64,000 nt of DNA from Nitrospirales bacterium (GTDB lineage Bacteria; Nitrospirota; Nitrospiria; Nitrospirales; UBA8639): the NCBI GenBank assembly GCA_965223295.1, contig CBDCWC010000003.1, positions 736,001-800,000 of the forward strand, written 5' to 3'. The position numbers were made by a program, and so were the translations under genes. This document shows, in pieces, positions 1 to 10,322 of the stretch (its first letter is position 1; every line of letters begins with the position of its first letter). Below the pieces are notes generated by a model that saw only the letters and a program-made list of their open reading frames with translations, was not told where the DNA came from and did no database searches.

Positions 1-1219
1 TAGAGTTATCAACCAGCATCCCAGCCGCAAAGGTCATCCCCGCTAAACTAATCACATTGAGGTTGCGTTCTAAGAGCCACAGGGCAATAAACGTTCCCAT
101 GATACTGATGGGGATCGCTAGACCAATCACTAGTGTTGTGCTACCCGTTCGTAAAAACAAATACAGTACGATGATCGCCAACAAACTCCCCACGACTAAG
201 TTTTGTTGGACCAAAGACAACGAACTATAAATGTAATCCGTCTCATCATAGACTTGATAAATTTTAAACCCACGTGGATTCAATCGGCCTTCATTCAATT
301 CGCGGACGGCTTCTCGCAACCCATCCATAATATCCAGCACATTAGCCCCTGGCTGCCGAATCGCATTCACCGCAATACAAGGCCTGCCGCTTTGCCGTAC
401 GATATTCGTCGGATCTTTGTAATCCAACTTGACGGATGCCACATCTCGCACGTACACCGGCGCGCCATTTCGGCGAGCAATAATTACTGCCTCAACATCA
501 GCAGGACTTTTATACTCACCGACCGTCCGAACGACATAGGAGCGTTTCCCTTCATCAAAATCCCCACCACTAAAATCACGATTTTCTTGATCAAGCGCTC
601 GTGCCAAATCCAGCCACGTGAGCGACCGAGCCGCCAATTTGGCGGGATCCACTAAGACTTGCATCTCTCGCTCACGTCCGCCATAGACATTAGACGCCGC
701 GACACCGGGGACACGTTCGAAACGAGCTTTAATCACATCCTCGGCATAGTTATACATGGTATCGATTGGCACAGGATTATTTTCTAACGCTTCAAAAATA
801 AACCAACCGATGGCCGACCCCGCAGTATCCGCACTACTTAGGACAGGTTCATCTGTTTCATCTGGATATTCTTTCACCTGATTAAGACGATTGGAGACAA
901 GAAGCAGCGACGAATCGGGATCGGTGCCAGCAGGAAATCGCAAAATGATTTTGCCATTCCCAAATGAGCTTTCGGAAAACATCCGCTCAAGGCCCTGCAC
1001 ACCCTTCAACTGTTCTTCTTGTTCATCAATGATTTCTCGCTCAATTTCATGAGAACTTGCCCCATGCCATCGAGTATCAACCGTAATTTCTTCTTTGGTC
1101 ACGTCAGGGGTCAGCTGAATCGGTAAGCGCAGTAGCGACACAACACCGAATAACACGACAAAGAGCACCCCAACCGTCGCCGTGACCGGATACCGTATGG
1201 CCGATTGAATCACATTCAT
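1..1219 (-). CDS. RND efflux permease (AcrB/AcrD/AcrF family), 5' part; continues beyond window start
   Basis: Manual translation from ATG 1219 gives MNVIQSAIRYPVTATVGVLFVVLFGVVSLLRLPIQLTPDVTKEEITVDTRWHGASSHEIE, a typical AcrB N-terminus; ATGA overlap with the upstream MFP stop. Confidence 0.93.
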   Translation of the reverse strand, partial: MNVIQSAIRYPVTATVGVLFVVLFGVVSLLRLPIQLTPDVTKEEITVDTRWHGASSHEIEREIIDEQEEQLKGVQGLERMFSESSFGNGKIILRFPAGTDPDSSLLLVSNRLNQVKEYPDETDEPVLSSADTAGSAIGWFIFEALENNPVPIDTMYNYAEDVIKARFERVPGVAASNVYGGREREMQVLVDPAKLAARSLTWLDLARALDQENRDFSGGDFDEGKRSYVVRTVGEYKSPADVEAVIIARRNGAPVYVRDVASVKLDYKDPTNIVRQSGRPCIAVNAIRQPGANVLDIMDGLREAVRELNEGRLNPRGFKIYQVYDETDYIYSSLSLVQQNLVVGSLLAIIVLYLFLRTGSTTLVIGLAIPISIMGTFIALWLLERNLNVISLAGMTFAAGMLVDNS

Positions 1220-2319
1220 GTCTGGGGTTCCTCTTCCAGCACACGAACCGGTTGCCCCGGAAAGAGCCGTTCATTGCCTTCCACCACAACAAGCATTCCG
1301 GGCTCAAGAGAGCCTTCGACTTCCACTTCATTATTGACGTGATTAGTCCCCTCCACAGGAACCTGAGTCACACTGCCTTCGTTCATGAGAAACACAAACT
1401 CCATACCCCCGCGAAGGACCAAAGCATCTTTGGGAACAACGAGTGCCTCATAGGGTGTCCCCACTTCCAGCGTCACCCGGGAGACCAGCCCACTCTTTAT
1501 CGTGAGATCGACATTCGGCAATTCTACTTTGATGGGAAATGTTCGAGAATTTCTATCAGCTTGCGCCACGACCGAAAAGACTTTTCCTTTGGCTTGAAAC
1601 CCTCGGAGACCATCAAACGTCGCCAAGACCGCCGCGCCGACTTTAATGTCGCCGACATAGCGCTCAGGCAAAGGCACTTCAACTTGCACCCGCGACAGAT
1701 CAACCAATTCCACGATAGCTCCGCCAGCTTGAATCCATTGGCCGACCTCAGTAAATTCTTGCGTCACCCACCCTGCAAATGGGGCTACGACGCGAGTTTT
1801 TTCTAATTGATCTCGGACTTGCAACATCTCAGACTCTAATAGCACCAACCGTTGCGCCAGCGCGGCCTCTTGCGTGACAGCATCATCATATTCTTTCTGC
1901 GTCACTAACTGTTTCGTAAAGAGGGCCTTAATGCGTTCTAAATCTTTTTTCGCCTGTTGATAGCGAGTCTCGGCCTCGCGATGCGAGGCCTCTGCCGAAT
2001 TGAGCTGGATGGTTAGCGTATCTGTTCGAAGTTGCGCCAACAATTGGCCTTTTTTCACGGCCATCCCCTCTTCCACGGGAAACTTCTCAACCAGCGCAGC
2101 GATTTCTCCAGCTACCACACTTCGCCGCCAAGGCTCTACCGTCCCCACCAGCTCCACTGTTTGTTGCACCGTTCGAGTGACGACTTCAGCAACACGAACA
2201 GGCATCGGAGGCGGTCCTTGTGGAGGTTGAGCGGCTTGCTGCTCACTGCACCCTTGCAAACCCGTCACACCAAGAAGCATCACCAGAAGACATGAACCTA
2301 TGTCTGTACGAATTGTCAT
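1216..2319 (-). CDS. RND efflux periplasmic adaptor (membrane fusion lipoprotein)
   Basis: Lipobox LQGC, lipoyl-like halves (VEEGMAVKKGQLL; VVAPFAG), helical hairpin; directly upstream of the RND permease. Confidence 0.93.
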   Translation of the reverse strand: MTIRTDIGSCLLVMLLGVTGLQGCSEQQAAQPPQGPPPMPVRVAEVVTRTVQQTVELVGTVEPWRRSVVAGEIAALVEKFPVEEGMAVKKGQLLAQLRTDTLTIQLNSAEASHREAETRYQQAKKDLERIKALFTKQLVTQKEYDDAVTQEAALAQRLVLLESEMLQVRDQLEKTRVVAPFAGWVTQEFTEVGQWIQAGGAIVELVDLSRVQVEVPLPERYVGDIKVGAAVLATFDGLRGFQAKGKVFSVVAQADRNSRTFPIKVELPNVDLTIKSGLVSRVTLEVGTPYEALVVPKDALVLRGGMEFVFLMNEGSVTQVPVEGTNHVNNEVEVEGSLEPGMLVVVEGNERLFPGQPVRVLEEEPQT

Positions 2320-2331
2320 CTTATTAGAAAA

Positions 2332-2976
2332 TTATTTTTTCAGAGCGGTTACCTCAATACCACCGAGAAACAACGCACTTAGCCACTCACCTTTATCAAC
2401 CAGTGATTCTTTAGGACCCGCTTCTAAGATCCAAACATAAATTGTCGAGTTCAACATCCCATGCAACGCTAAGGAGGTATCCTTGGCGTTCACCTTTCGA
2501 AATTCTCCAGCTTTGATCCCTGCTTTGATCAAATTGGCCACAAGCTCTATCTGAGCTAAATATTTTTTCCATACCCGATCGCCAAAGGCACTTTTCACGG
2601 TCCATTCAAACCCGCTCCATTCAGATACATAGATTCGGAAGAAGTCACGGTTTTGATCAGCGAATGCAAGTTTCACTCGTATGACTTCCCGCAACTTCTC
2701 TGATGTGGTTGTGCCATTTTTGGTAGCTTCCTTCAGAAGGTTCAACAGTTCTTCAACCTTCACCTCAACCAAAGAAATATAAATTTCTTCTTTACTCTTA
2801 AAGAATCGATACACGGTGCCCATGGCAAACTGGGATGATTCTGCAATTTCCGCCATACTGGTCTTAAAAAATCCATGTTGCGAAAACATGCGCTCAGCGG
2901 CTAAAAGAATCTCTTCTCGCCGAGCCTCGTATTCTCGCTGTTTTCGTTGGGACCGTTGATCCACGCGTGGCCTCAC
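2332..2976 (-). CDS. TetR/AcrR family transcriptional regulator
   Basis: N-terminal HTH ILLAAERMFSQHGFFKTSMAEIAE...GTVYRFFKSKEEI; heads the efflux operon. Confidence 0.93.
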   Translation of the reverse strand: MRPRVDQRSQRKQREYEARREEILLAAERMFSQHGFFKTSMAEIAESSQFAMGTVYRFFKSKEEIYISLVEVKVEELLNLLKEATKNGTTTSEKLREVIRVKLAFADQNRDFFRIYVSEWSGFEWTVKSAFGDRVWKKYLAQIELVANLIKAGIKAGEFRKVNAKDTSLALHGMLNSTIYVWILEAGPKESLVDKGEWLSALFLGGIEVTALKK

Positions 2977-3003
2977 ATTTGTTCGCCTATCCGCCCCATC
3001 TCC

Positions 3004-3058
3004 TGAATAATCATTCTAATAGGTGAACGGCTATTCGACAAGATGGAATATCTATTCA
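3004..3058. promoter_or_regulatory. Three candidate TetR operator palindromes (GAA-N6-TTC)
   Basis: GAATAATCATTC 3005-3016, GAACGGCTATTC 3025-3036 and GAATATCTATTC 3046-3057, spaced 20-21 bp, just upstream of tetR. Confidence 0.5.
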
Positions 3059-3488
3059 TTATTTCATCATGAACCTCATCGGTCAGAATTGGCAAGTACC
3101 TGAGAAAAGAAAACCGAAACCGGTCTGCCTCATTTGCCAAAGCTGAGTTCGGTGCCTTTCTGGAATGCGGGACACTCGTACATGGATTTTTGGGCCTGAG
3201 CTGTGGGGAGTGTGGCTGTGAGAAGCAGGTTCGTGCCTTCAAACAGATATTTGACCACGATATCCCGCAATATGGGGTCCCTCGACCACCCACGCCAACC
3301 AGGGTAGTTGTTCAATTGACCGAAACTAGACGCCCAGAAGGTACCCCCAACGAACGTGTTCAAGTCTCATGGCACATGCCCGTAAACTCTTAATTTTCCG
3401 GCAATTATCACTTAACATAGATGTAACATGGATGACTCGTTGAGGTAACAAGAGTGGGCTAGATTCTCCCGTTAGGAGAGTTGGTTGA

Positions 3489-4367
3489 ATGATTTTCCAA
3501 TTTCTAAGATTTCTTGGGGCCATAGAACTTGGACTACTCCTCGTCTTGATAGGAAATTTCTTAGGGTGTACGAATGAAGGTATCAATTCCACCCTCTCAT
3601 TGACTCCTTCAACTCCTTTGACCCAGGGAAAGCGGCTTTTCTATGAGGGAAAGATTAAGGAAGCTGAAGTCATTTTTTCTAAGGCGCTGAACGACAACCC
3701 ACATCAACCTGAGATTTTGAATGCCAGAGGATTTCTTTACGCTGAACAAAAGATCTGGGGAAAAGCCATCGAGGATTTTGAACAAACCGTACAACTGGAC
3801 CCTGAAAATTCTCGATATTCTGAAAATTTGGGAATCGCATATTTAGAGTCGGGCTTTCCCGAGAAAGCATTAACGTATTTTTCACGGGTGTTGCAGCAAT
3901 GGCCCAATTCCTCATCCGCCCTAAATCATAGAGGATTAGCCTTCAGTCGATTGGGAAAGTTGCAGTATGCCATTCATGACTTCTCAAAATCTTTGAATGG
4001 CAATGATAAAAATGCTGAGGCTTACCTCAACCGCGCCATTGCTTATATGAAGACAGGGAAAAATGCAGAAGCAAGGTCGGATTTGGATCGTGCCATTACG
4101 CTCAATCACTCCCTTTTTCAAGCTCATGAAAGCCGAGGGCTTCTTGCCCTTATAACTGGAGACATTCAGTCAGCAATTCAAGATTTTACTATGGCAATTC
4201 GTCTCGGGTCGGACGGTGGGCTAGTTCATTACAACCATGGCGTAGCTCTTTCCTTGGTGGGAAACACTAAAGAAGCAGAGAAAAATTTTGATATGGCTTG
4301 TGAAAGACACATTTTTGAGGCTTGTCGTCCAATTATCGAACCCAAGCCAGTGTTACAAACTTTGTGA
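3489..4367 (+). CDS. TPR-repeat lipoprotein
   Basis: Signal peptide with lipobox FLGC; multiple TPR consensus repeats (A..NRG.AY...G....A..DF..A). Confidence 0.88.
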   Translation: MIFQFLRFLGAIELGLLLVLIGNFLGCTNEGINSTLSLTPSTPLTQGKRLFYEGKIKEAEVIFSKALNDNPHQPEILNARGFLYAEQKIWGKAIEDFEQTVQLDPENSRYSENLGIAYLESGFPEKALTYFSRVLQQWPNSSSALNHRGLAFSRLGKLQYAIHDFSKSLNGNDKNAEAYLNRAIAYMKTGKNAEARSDLDRAITLNHSLFQAHESRGLLALITGDIQSAIQDFTMAIRLGSDGGLVHYNHGVALSLVGNTKEAEKNFDMACERHIFEACRPIIEPKPVLQTL

Positions 4368-4388
4368 AAAAATTAGATACTTAAGAAA

Positions 4389-4425
4389 ATCCCTGCTGGA
4401 TGTTCTATTAATATCCAGCAGGGAT
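4389..4425. terminator. Hairpin between convergent genes, probable bidirectional terminator
   Basis: ATCCCTGCTGGAT...ATCCAGCAGGGAT perfect 13-bp inverted repeat. Confidence 0.65.
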
Positions 4426-4450
4426 CTTGAACTCCTCAAACACGCCCGAC

Positions 4451-4975
4451 TCAAGTCTCAGAGCAATACGTTTCCTCCGTCACGGGGTATCCGATGAATT
4501 CAACGTCGGGTTCAGTTTCGATTGCGTCGTCCCCAGTTTTCCAAACGTGAAGACATTTAGCTGTGATAGAGGGAGTTATATGAGCATCCCGAGATTGGGG
4601 GCTTTCAACTTTTCCAACGACAAGAAATTTGTTTCCATATTGACGCCCCTCACGATCAAGTTTCCCAGGGTAAAAAATAGTAAATTTACCATCGTCACCT
4701 TTTCCTAGATCATGTGGTCCTTGATATTCAACATCGGGATACGGCAACCATTGGGCACTGACGATCGTTCCGTTCGCTCTGGACTCCACACCCACAATCC
4801 GCCCTGCAAGTTTAACAGCACGCCCTTCATACACATCAGGTTGTGCTGTCAACACCCCAAATTCTGACTCAGATTTCAGTATCTGACTTCCATTACCGTC
4901 AAAGATAGGAGCTGACGCACATCCTGAAAAAACTACCAACAGCAAACTGGTGGATAGAATCATGATATTTCGCAT
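4451..4975 (-). CDS. Slp family outer membrane lipoprotein
   Basis: Lipobox FSGC; PDVYEGRAVKLAGRI and CLHVWK motifs typical of Slp; RBS GGAGG. Confidence 0.75.
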   Translation of the reverse strand: MRNIMILSTSLLLVVFSGCASAPIFDGNGSQILKSESEFGVLTAQPDVYEGRAVKLAGRIVGVESRANGTIVSAQWLPYPDVEYQGPHDLGKGDDGKFTIFYPGKLDREGRQYGNKFLVVGKVESPQSRDAHITPSITAKCLHVWKTGDDAIETEPDVEFIGYPVTEETYCSET

Positions 4976-5196
4976 AATCTACCTCCTAATATTGGTCGAG
5001 TTGAATATTACTTACCTCAGATTATTCTACGTAATGAATCCGTAATATTCAATTAACATGAACGTAACATTGAAAAATTTCATAATTGTGACAAATTTTC
5101 CTTGACAACACTACTCATGAAATGTTCGACCAAGATGGCATACAATAGAATGGACCAGCATACACAGGTCACAGTCTCAACCAATGAGGAATAATC

Positions 5197-5907
5197 TTGA
5201 AAGGTATTGAGATGGGCGTGATTACTCTCTCTCATATCATGCTATCAATCGTTCTCGTCGTCAGCTGTATGTCGGCAGAACCGGTTGAGGCCACAACAGA
5301 TCATGATATGCAGCTCTGGTTCCCTCTCTACAATCGATTGCATCTACCAGGGAATTTCCGGGGATGGCTCGAAGTCAACCCAAGATACGGCAACAATGCA
5401 TCGGAGATTGATCAGCTTCTTCTTCGTCCAGCAATTGGATACCAAATCACTCCTTCCCTTTCCCTCTGGCAAGGTTACGCTTGGGTGACCAACTATGAGC
5501 CTCGATTTCGGGATGAACATCGGTTGTACCAACAATTGAGCTACCGACGTCGTTTCAGCGGATTCAAGGTTTCTAGCCGAACCCGCTTCGAGGAACGCTT
5601 TATTCGGAATGCGATCGGGACAGCACTACGTGCTCGCGAAATGGTACGAGGGGACATACCGTTTGGGCAGGACGAACGCTGGGCCTTGGTCATCTATGAT
5701 GAAATATTCATGAATCTCAATACAATCCGGAACGGTCCGAGATCGGGGCTCGATCAAAACCGATTCTTTGTCGGTATTAATCACAAGCTCACCGAGATTA
5801 TGGCCGTGGATTTTGGCTATCAAAACCAGACGATTAATAGAAGGGGACCAAACACCATGAATCACATTATCTTGATTCAATGGTTTCTTGATTGGGGGAA
5901 GACGTAA
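5197..5907 (+). CDS. DUF2490 family outer-membrane beta-barrel protein
   Basis: LLLRPAIGY, EHRLYQQ, RTRFEERF, YDEIF and DQNRFFVG motifs; signal peptide. Confidence 0.8.
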   Translation: MKGIEMGVITLSHIMLSIVLVVSCMSAEPVEATTDHDMQLWFPLYNRLHLPGNFRGWLEVNPRYGNNASEIDQLLLRPAIGYQITPSLSLWQGYAWVTNYEPRFRDEHRLYQQLSYRRRFSGFKVSSRTRFEERFIRNAIGTALRAREMVRGDIPFGQDERWALVIYDEIFMNLNTIRNGPRSGLDQNRFFVGINHKLTEIMAVDFGYQNQTINRRGPNTMNHIILIQWFLDWGKT

Positions 5908-5982
5908 CATGCGACCAACCCAGACCCCATGAGAAGCAATCCACCAACCCAGACGAGGAATGTGTGCAGAAAATAGATCCGT

Positions 5983-6591
5983 TCAACCGACCATTGCCTC
6001 TTCACTTTGTGGGCCACCTGAAACGCCCCCAGACACAATGAACGCCATCACTTCGGCGCTTTCGGCCTCTAGAGGACGCACCTGGGCTTTGGGAAACAGG
6101 AGGAGATGCCCTGCAAAATTATAGGACTGCGGAAAATAGACTGCGACATGATTGAGGAGTCCCAAAAACTCTAGATCGGTTCGTGTCACAAATCCCACTG
6201 CCTCCCCGTGGCTGCCAGGAGAAAGGGACACTAATACAGGCTGGTCAAATCGACGTTTTTCACCCATGAACGCGGCAATCAAATCCTTAATTGAGGTATA
6301 CAATAACTTCACAAATGGTGCATTCACCAATACCCGCTCCATGACATCCAGCACTTTCTGAACAAAAACCGTTGAAGCATACCGACCGGTTAATGTAATG
6401 AGACCTAGAGTTACCAAAAAACCCACCCCAGGAATAGGAATATTTAACCACCCATCAATCGTTTGCAATACCAGCCAGGCCACATACAACGTGGTGACGA
6501 CGGGCACAAGAATTAATAGGCCTTCCAAGAAATTTCGGGCTAATTCATTCATATTCATGATTTCCCAAAATTTTGGCCGTCGAAATTCCAT
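5983..6591 (-). CDS. DUF502 family membrane protein
   Basis: FLEGLLILVP, PFVKLLYTSIKD, GFVT, FIVSGG motifs; true start may be a downstream Met. Confidence 0.85.
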   Translation of the reverse strand: MEFRRPKFWEIMNMNELARNFLEGLLILVPVVTTLYVAWLVLQTIDGWLNIPIPGVGFLVTLGLITLTGRYASTVFVQKVLDVMERVLVNAPFVKLLYTSIKDLIAAFMGEKRRFDQPVLVSLSPGSHGEAVGFVTRTDLEFLGLLNHVAVYFPQSYNFAGHLLLFPKAQVRPLEAESAEVMAFIVSGGVSGGPQSEEAMVG

Positions 6592-6637
6592 CTCGCTCTA
6601 CCCCCTAGCAAAAAGTTGATACGTCATTCGCCTGTAA

Positions 6638-6827
6638 GAGAATGTTGAAAAAAGCCGCCAGCGGCGTTCTCGCCATTTTGTGGTGCTCACGTAGTGCCAG
6701 AGGCTCCGTGCATCAAGATGGTTGCGGACTTTCTGGACGGACCCTTCTGAACATTCCCTTCTGTTTCATGAGTTTGATCTCAATACGAAGACTTATGGGC
6801 TATCAGAGTGAAAGATTCAACAGCCCC
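6638..6827 (+). mobile_element. MITE family A, copy 1 (diverged)
   Basis: Ends ...TGTTGAA / TTCAACA...; core AAAAAAGCCGCCAGCGGCGTTCTCGCCATTTT; 5-bp TSD TGTAA at 6633-6637 and 6828-6832. Confidence 0.85.
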
Positions 6828-6960
6828 TGTAAGAATGTACCCCACTCCTGGAAGCCACACAACCTCGCAGACCCATGTCAATACACAATAGAGGAGCTTA
6901 CAGCGAGGGAAGCAATACAGTATAATTCACGAATCTGATGTTTTGAACAAGGAGAGCACT

Positions 6961-7227
6961 ATGGCACAGAGTAGTTCAGGAGCCGGAACTTCATCATCAC
7001 AAATCCCAAATGCATCACCCGAAACGGAAATCTTGCATGTGGTAATTCAGCGCGATGGCAAACAAGTCAGCGCAAAATGGGGACTGCACCCCAATCTGAA
7101 AGAGGAACTGAAGCCTGAGGAATGGAAAGAACTCACGGAAATCATGGGGAAAGTGACAACATTAGTTGGGGGTCGTTTTTCCAAGATTCTGAACAAAGCC
7201 GAAGAAGAAGTGTCGGGCACCGCTTAA
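6961..7227 (+). CDS. Small hypothetical protein
   Basis: ATG with AGGAG RBS; upstream TATAAT; 88 aa with natural composition. Confidence 0.65.
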   Translation: MAQSSSGAGTSSSQIPNASPETEILHVVIQRDGKQVSAKWGLHPNLKEELKPEEWKELTEIMGKVTTLVGGRFSKILNKAEEEVSGTA

Positions 7228-7324
7228 GTTATATGAGGACCGTTGTCGTTTCACTCCCCGTCTTTCACCTTCCCTCTTCAGAATGAAGGCCTCAGCGGCT
7301 CCTCGATGCTCTGCAGTAAGGAGT

Positions 7325-8623
7325 CTATCGACCAAAATTTTGGATTGTATTGAAATCGGGGACCTGTTGAGCAGCAAAATCATTAGGAACATCACCCATA
7401 CGGATAAGAGAAATGGCCACCGGAACCATATTAGAAAAATCTTGATAGGCACCCACAAGCTGTTGTCCATCTTTCGATAACGTCGCGGTCGATTGCCCCA
7501 TCGTCCCCAAGGCCGTTCGATACATGAATGTCACTTGATTGCCTTCGAGTTGGCCTTCCCCTTCGGCAGTCACCATCGTTCCCATTGCGCTCGTGGTCAC
7601 TTCGGTCATTGTGACATGGTTACCTTGTTGCTGTAAGACGTAAGAAATCGTCGGTTCGTCTGGATTCTTCCAAACTCCAGTCACTACAAGGTTTCGGCCT
7701 TTTTCTAACATAGCCTTCAAGGTTTGCCGCTCACCAGGACGAAGATCAACAGTACTAGTCCAAGAACGAAAGCCGTCCTTTCTGACCATGACATCATATT
7801 CATCAGGATCCAGACCAGACACCACTACAGGCCCTTGAGAAGTCTGCCCAACCAATTTATCATCAACATAAACGTGAGCGTTCGTCGGAGTTGACTCAAT
7901 AACTAACGAGGCCAACTCCGTTGGCCGGACTACGGACGATGAGGGATTAACCGTTTGAAGAGGAAAGCCTGACCAGTTTTCTACTGTAAATTTGGCAATC
8001 TGAGCTGGTTTGGCATTGCCAAATTGCCCTGTTACTTCCATCACCACTCCAATGACCCGTCCTTGATACAACACAGGGCCTCCTGAATTGCCCTCCGCCA
8101 CCGCCCCCGAAAATTTCAGAATGGGTCCATCAAAGCCTGAGACCGTTCCTTTCGTCACCGCCCACTCATTCCCTCCTACTCTAGGGAATCCTATTAAATG
8201 AATTTCTTCTCCTCCACTAACCCGAGTCGTCGCATCCCACGGTAAAATGTGCACATCATCAGGAAGATCACCTTTGACTTTTAGCAACGCTAACCCACGC
8301 ATGTCTCCCCCTTCTTTCTTCACAACCTTCGCGAACAACGGTTCTTCTTGATGACTGAAAAATGTCGCCTGTATAGAGCGTGGAGCTTCCACCTCCCCTT
8401 CCACAACATGAGACGCCGTCACAATATACAAATGCTTCTTGCTCCTGCCAGCAATAAACCCGGTCCCAATTTTTCTGGCATTCGAAAACTCAGTCGCAAT
8501 CTTGACGACGCCTTTTTTGAGCGTCCTAATATCCAACTGCGCCACTGCGGCAGTCAGTCCTGTTCCTAACATAAACCAACACAGCACAATCATATGGGCA
8601 ATAATTTTCATAAAACCACTCAT
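7325..8623 (-). CDS. Secreted trypsin-like (S1) serine protease with PEGA domain and beta-rich C-terminal domain
   Basis: Signal peptide ...AAVA-Q; GTGF, VTASHVV (His), GNSGGP (Ser); PEGA LVIESTPTNAHVYVD...YDVMVRKDGFRSW. Confidence 0.85.
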   Translation of the reverse strand: MSGFMKIIAHMIVLCWFMLGTGLTAAVAQLDIRTLKKGVVKIATEFSNARKIGTGFIAGRSKKHLYIVTASHVVEGEVEAPRSIQATFFSHQEEPLFAKVVKKEGGDMRGLALLKVKGDLPDDVHILPWDATTRVSGGEEIHLIGFPRVGGNEWAVTKGTVSGFDGPILKFSGAVAEGNSGGPVLYQGRVIGVVMEVTGQFGNAKPAQIAKFTVENWSGFPLQTVNPSSSVVRPTELASLVIESTPTNAHVYVDDKLVGQTSQGPVVVSGLDPDEYDVMVRKDGFRSWTSTVDLRPGERQTLKAMLEKGRNLVVTGVWKNPDEPTISYVLQQQGNHVTMTEVTTSAMGTMVTAEGEGQLEGNQVTFMYRTALGTMGQSTATLSKDGQQLVGAYQDFSNMVPVAISLIRMGDVPNDFAAQQVPDFNTIQNFGR

Positions 8624-8663
8624 TTACCAAAAAGAAAAGAAGGACAGGGCATCGCACATGAGG

Positions 8664-10256
8664 TTAGGAAGCATCTTTGGCGCAGCGAAAGCCTGTTTGA
8701 TCATCAGAATCTTCTGGTAACTGATTTTCCCGAACCTTCAGCTCTAAATAAGAAAACCACGACCCGCCACGTTTGACCTTTTCACTCCCCTTTTGAGGAC
8801 CCGATGGATCCCTCTGAGGGCTACTCTGATAATACCCCGGATCATACCAATCACTTGTCCATTCCCAAACATTCCCGGCCATATCAAACAACCCCCAAGG
8901 GTTGGGAGAAAAAGATCCAACCGGAGCAGCTCGGGCAAACCCATCATCCACTTTCTCAAATTCGATGGAGCCACTAAAGATCGAGCGAAATTGGATATCA
9001 GGAATATTTCCTACTTGTTCTGTGGGTGCGACATCCCCCCACCAGTGTTTGGTGGATGTCCCAGCTCGAGCAGAGTATTCCCATTCCGCTTCCGTTGGTA
9101 GCCGTTTCCTTGCCCATTCACAGTAGGTCTGGGCATCAAACCAAGAAACCTGTACCACCGGAAATTTCTCGCCTGTATTTTCAGTGCTTGAACCCTCACC
9201 CATGGGATGACGCCAGTTCGCCTTCTCAATTTCCTGAGGTTGCCACGTACTGCCAAAAAATACGCCGTCTTTTTTCATGACCGCCATTTGCGTTCCTTGA
9301 TGTTCTACAGTGCTCTGATATCCAGACTCTTTTACAAATTTGCTAAATTGTTCGACGGTAATTTCATGAGAATCCATATAAAATGACCCAACCTGAACAT
9401 GATGAGATGGTGAATAGTCCGCGTTACGTTCAGGCAAACAAAAGTCCACCTTCATAATGGAATCCCATTCACACACTTCATTGGGTTCAGAACCCATAAT
9501 AAATTCGCCAGAGGGAATCAATACCATTTTAAGATCATCATTCCTGGTGAGTGAGGAACCGTCTTCTTCATCAACGGCACGGTCAAATTCCTCTTTAACA
9601 CTTTCTTCCAGGGAACCCGGTTCAACACCAATCCCTTCTAAGTATGTCAATAAACTCTTGTGGGTAATACCTAGACCAAACTCTCCTCTATTAGTCATCG
9701 CCATCCCGACAACCTTCCCGTTGAAGACGATAGGGCCACCGGAAAATCTAGCCGCAACTCCCGGATCTAAGGTGATATCATGTACCACACGATTGGAAAT
9801 ATCTCGGTTTACGACTGCCCAGTCTCCACCACCACCTGGATGCCCAACAACCACTACCCGTTCCCCTCCGGAAACCAATTGGACAGACGATGGAAATTCC
9901 AAAATCTGTATATTGTTCGGAAAGTGTTCTGTTCCTCGAACAATGAGAACGGCCAGTCCTCGCAGATCATCCCCAACCTGAGCTCCAGGCATTACGGCTG
10001 CAGTGATTGGAATTTGGGGGGCATCTGAAGGATGTGCCGAAAAAAATTCGACCCGTGGCTGTTGATCCCCTGCAATTACATGGGCAGCCGTCATGACATA
10101 GACCGTTTCCGGTTCCAGACGAACAATAAAACCCGTTCCGGTTTGCCCTGTTGTCGTGGTAATTTTCACCACCCCAGATTTCAAACTATCTAGATCCTGC
10201 GCCCAAGCCGCTGGCCCAAATGTAAACATGTTGATTAGGCTGAAAAGACAACACAT
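8664..10256 (-). CDS. Secreted trypsin-like protease fused to an FGE-sulfatase (SUMF1/EgtB/PvdO-like) domain
   Basis: GTGF, TAAHVI, RFSGGP; FGE motifs MVLIPSGEFIMGS, PVVQVSWFDA, RLPTEAEWEYSAR, GLFDMAGNVWEW, RGGSW, GFRC. Start at 10256 has an AGGGA RBS; the ORF is open to 10433. Confidence 0.85.
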   Translation of the reverse strand: MCCLFSLINMFTFGPAAWAQDLDSLKSGVVKITTTTGQTGTGFIVRLEPETVYVMTAAHVIAGDQQPRVEFFSAHPSDAPQIPITAAVMPGAQVGDDLRGLAVLIVRGTEHFPNNIQILEFPSSVQLVSGGERVVVVGHPGGGGDWAVVNRDISNRVVHDITLDPGVAARFSGGPIVFNGKVVGMAMTNRGEFGLGITHKSLLTYLEGIGVEPGSLEESVKEEFDRAVDEEDGSSLTRNDDLKMVLIPSGEFIMGSEPNEVCEWDSIMKVDFCLPERNADYSPSHHVQVGSFYMDSHEITVEQFSKFVKESGYQSTVEHQGTQMAVMKKDGVFFGSTWQPQEIEKANWRHPMGEGSSTENTGEKFPVVQVSWFDAQTYCEWARKRLPTEAEWEYSARAGTSTKHWWGDVAPTEQVGNIPDIQFRSIFSGSIEFEKVDDGFARAAPVGSFSPNPWGLFDMAGNVWEWTSDWYDPGYYQSSPQRDPSGPQKGSEKVKRGGSWFSYLELKVRENQLPEDSDDQTGFRCAKDAS

Positions 10257-10322
10257 GGCTTCCCTGAAATAACAAAAGAGTCCCTCATTTAAGTTGCATG
10301 AAGAATTGTTTTCTCTGCCTGG

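Noticed and set aside
203-655. Antisense ORFs over long genes (e.g. 203-655, 1252-1806, 9457-9981, 33245-33901, 56010-56540)
   Set aside because: Shadow frames of well-supported genes on the opposite strand
3130-3420. Short minus-strand ORFs upstream of tetR
   Set aside because: TTG start right after a stop and no recognisable motif; could be a relic but cannot be supported
6642-6938. ORFs reading MLKKAASGVLAI... (also 25308-25658, 15515-15721, 38348-38551, 25304-25513)
   Set aside because: They are translations of MITE family A, not genes
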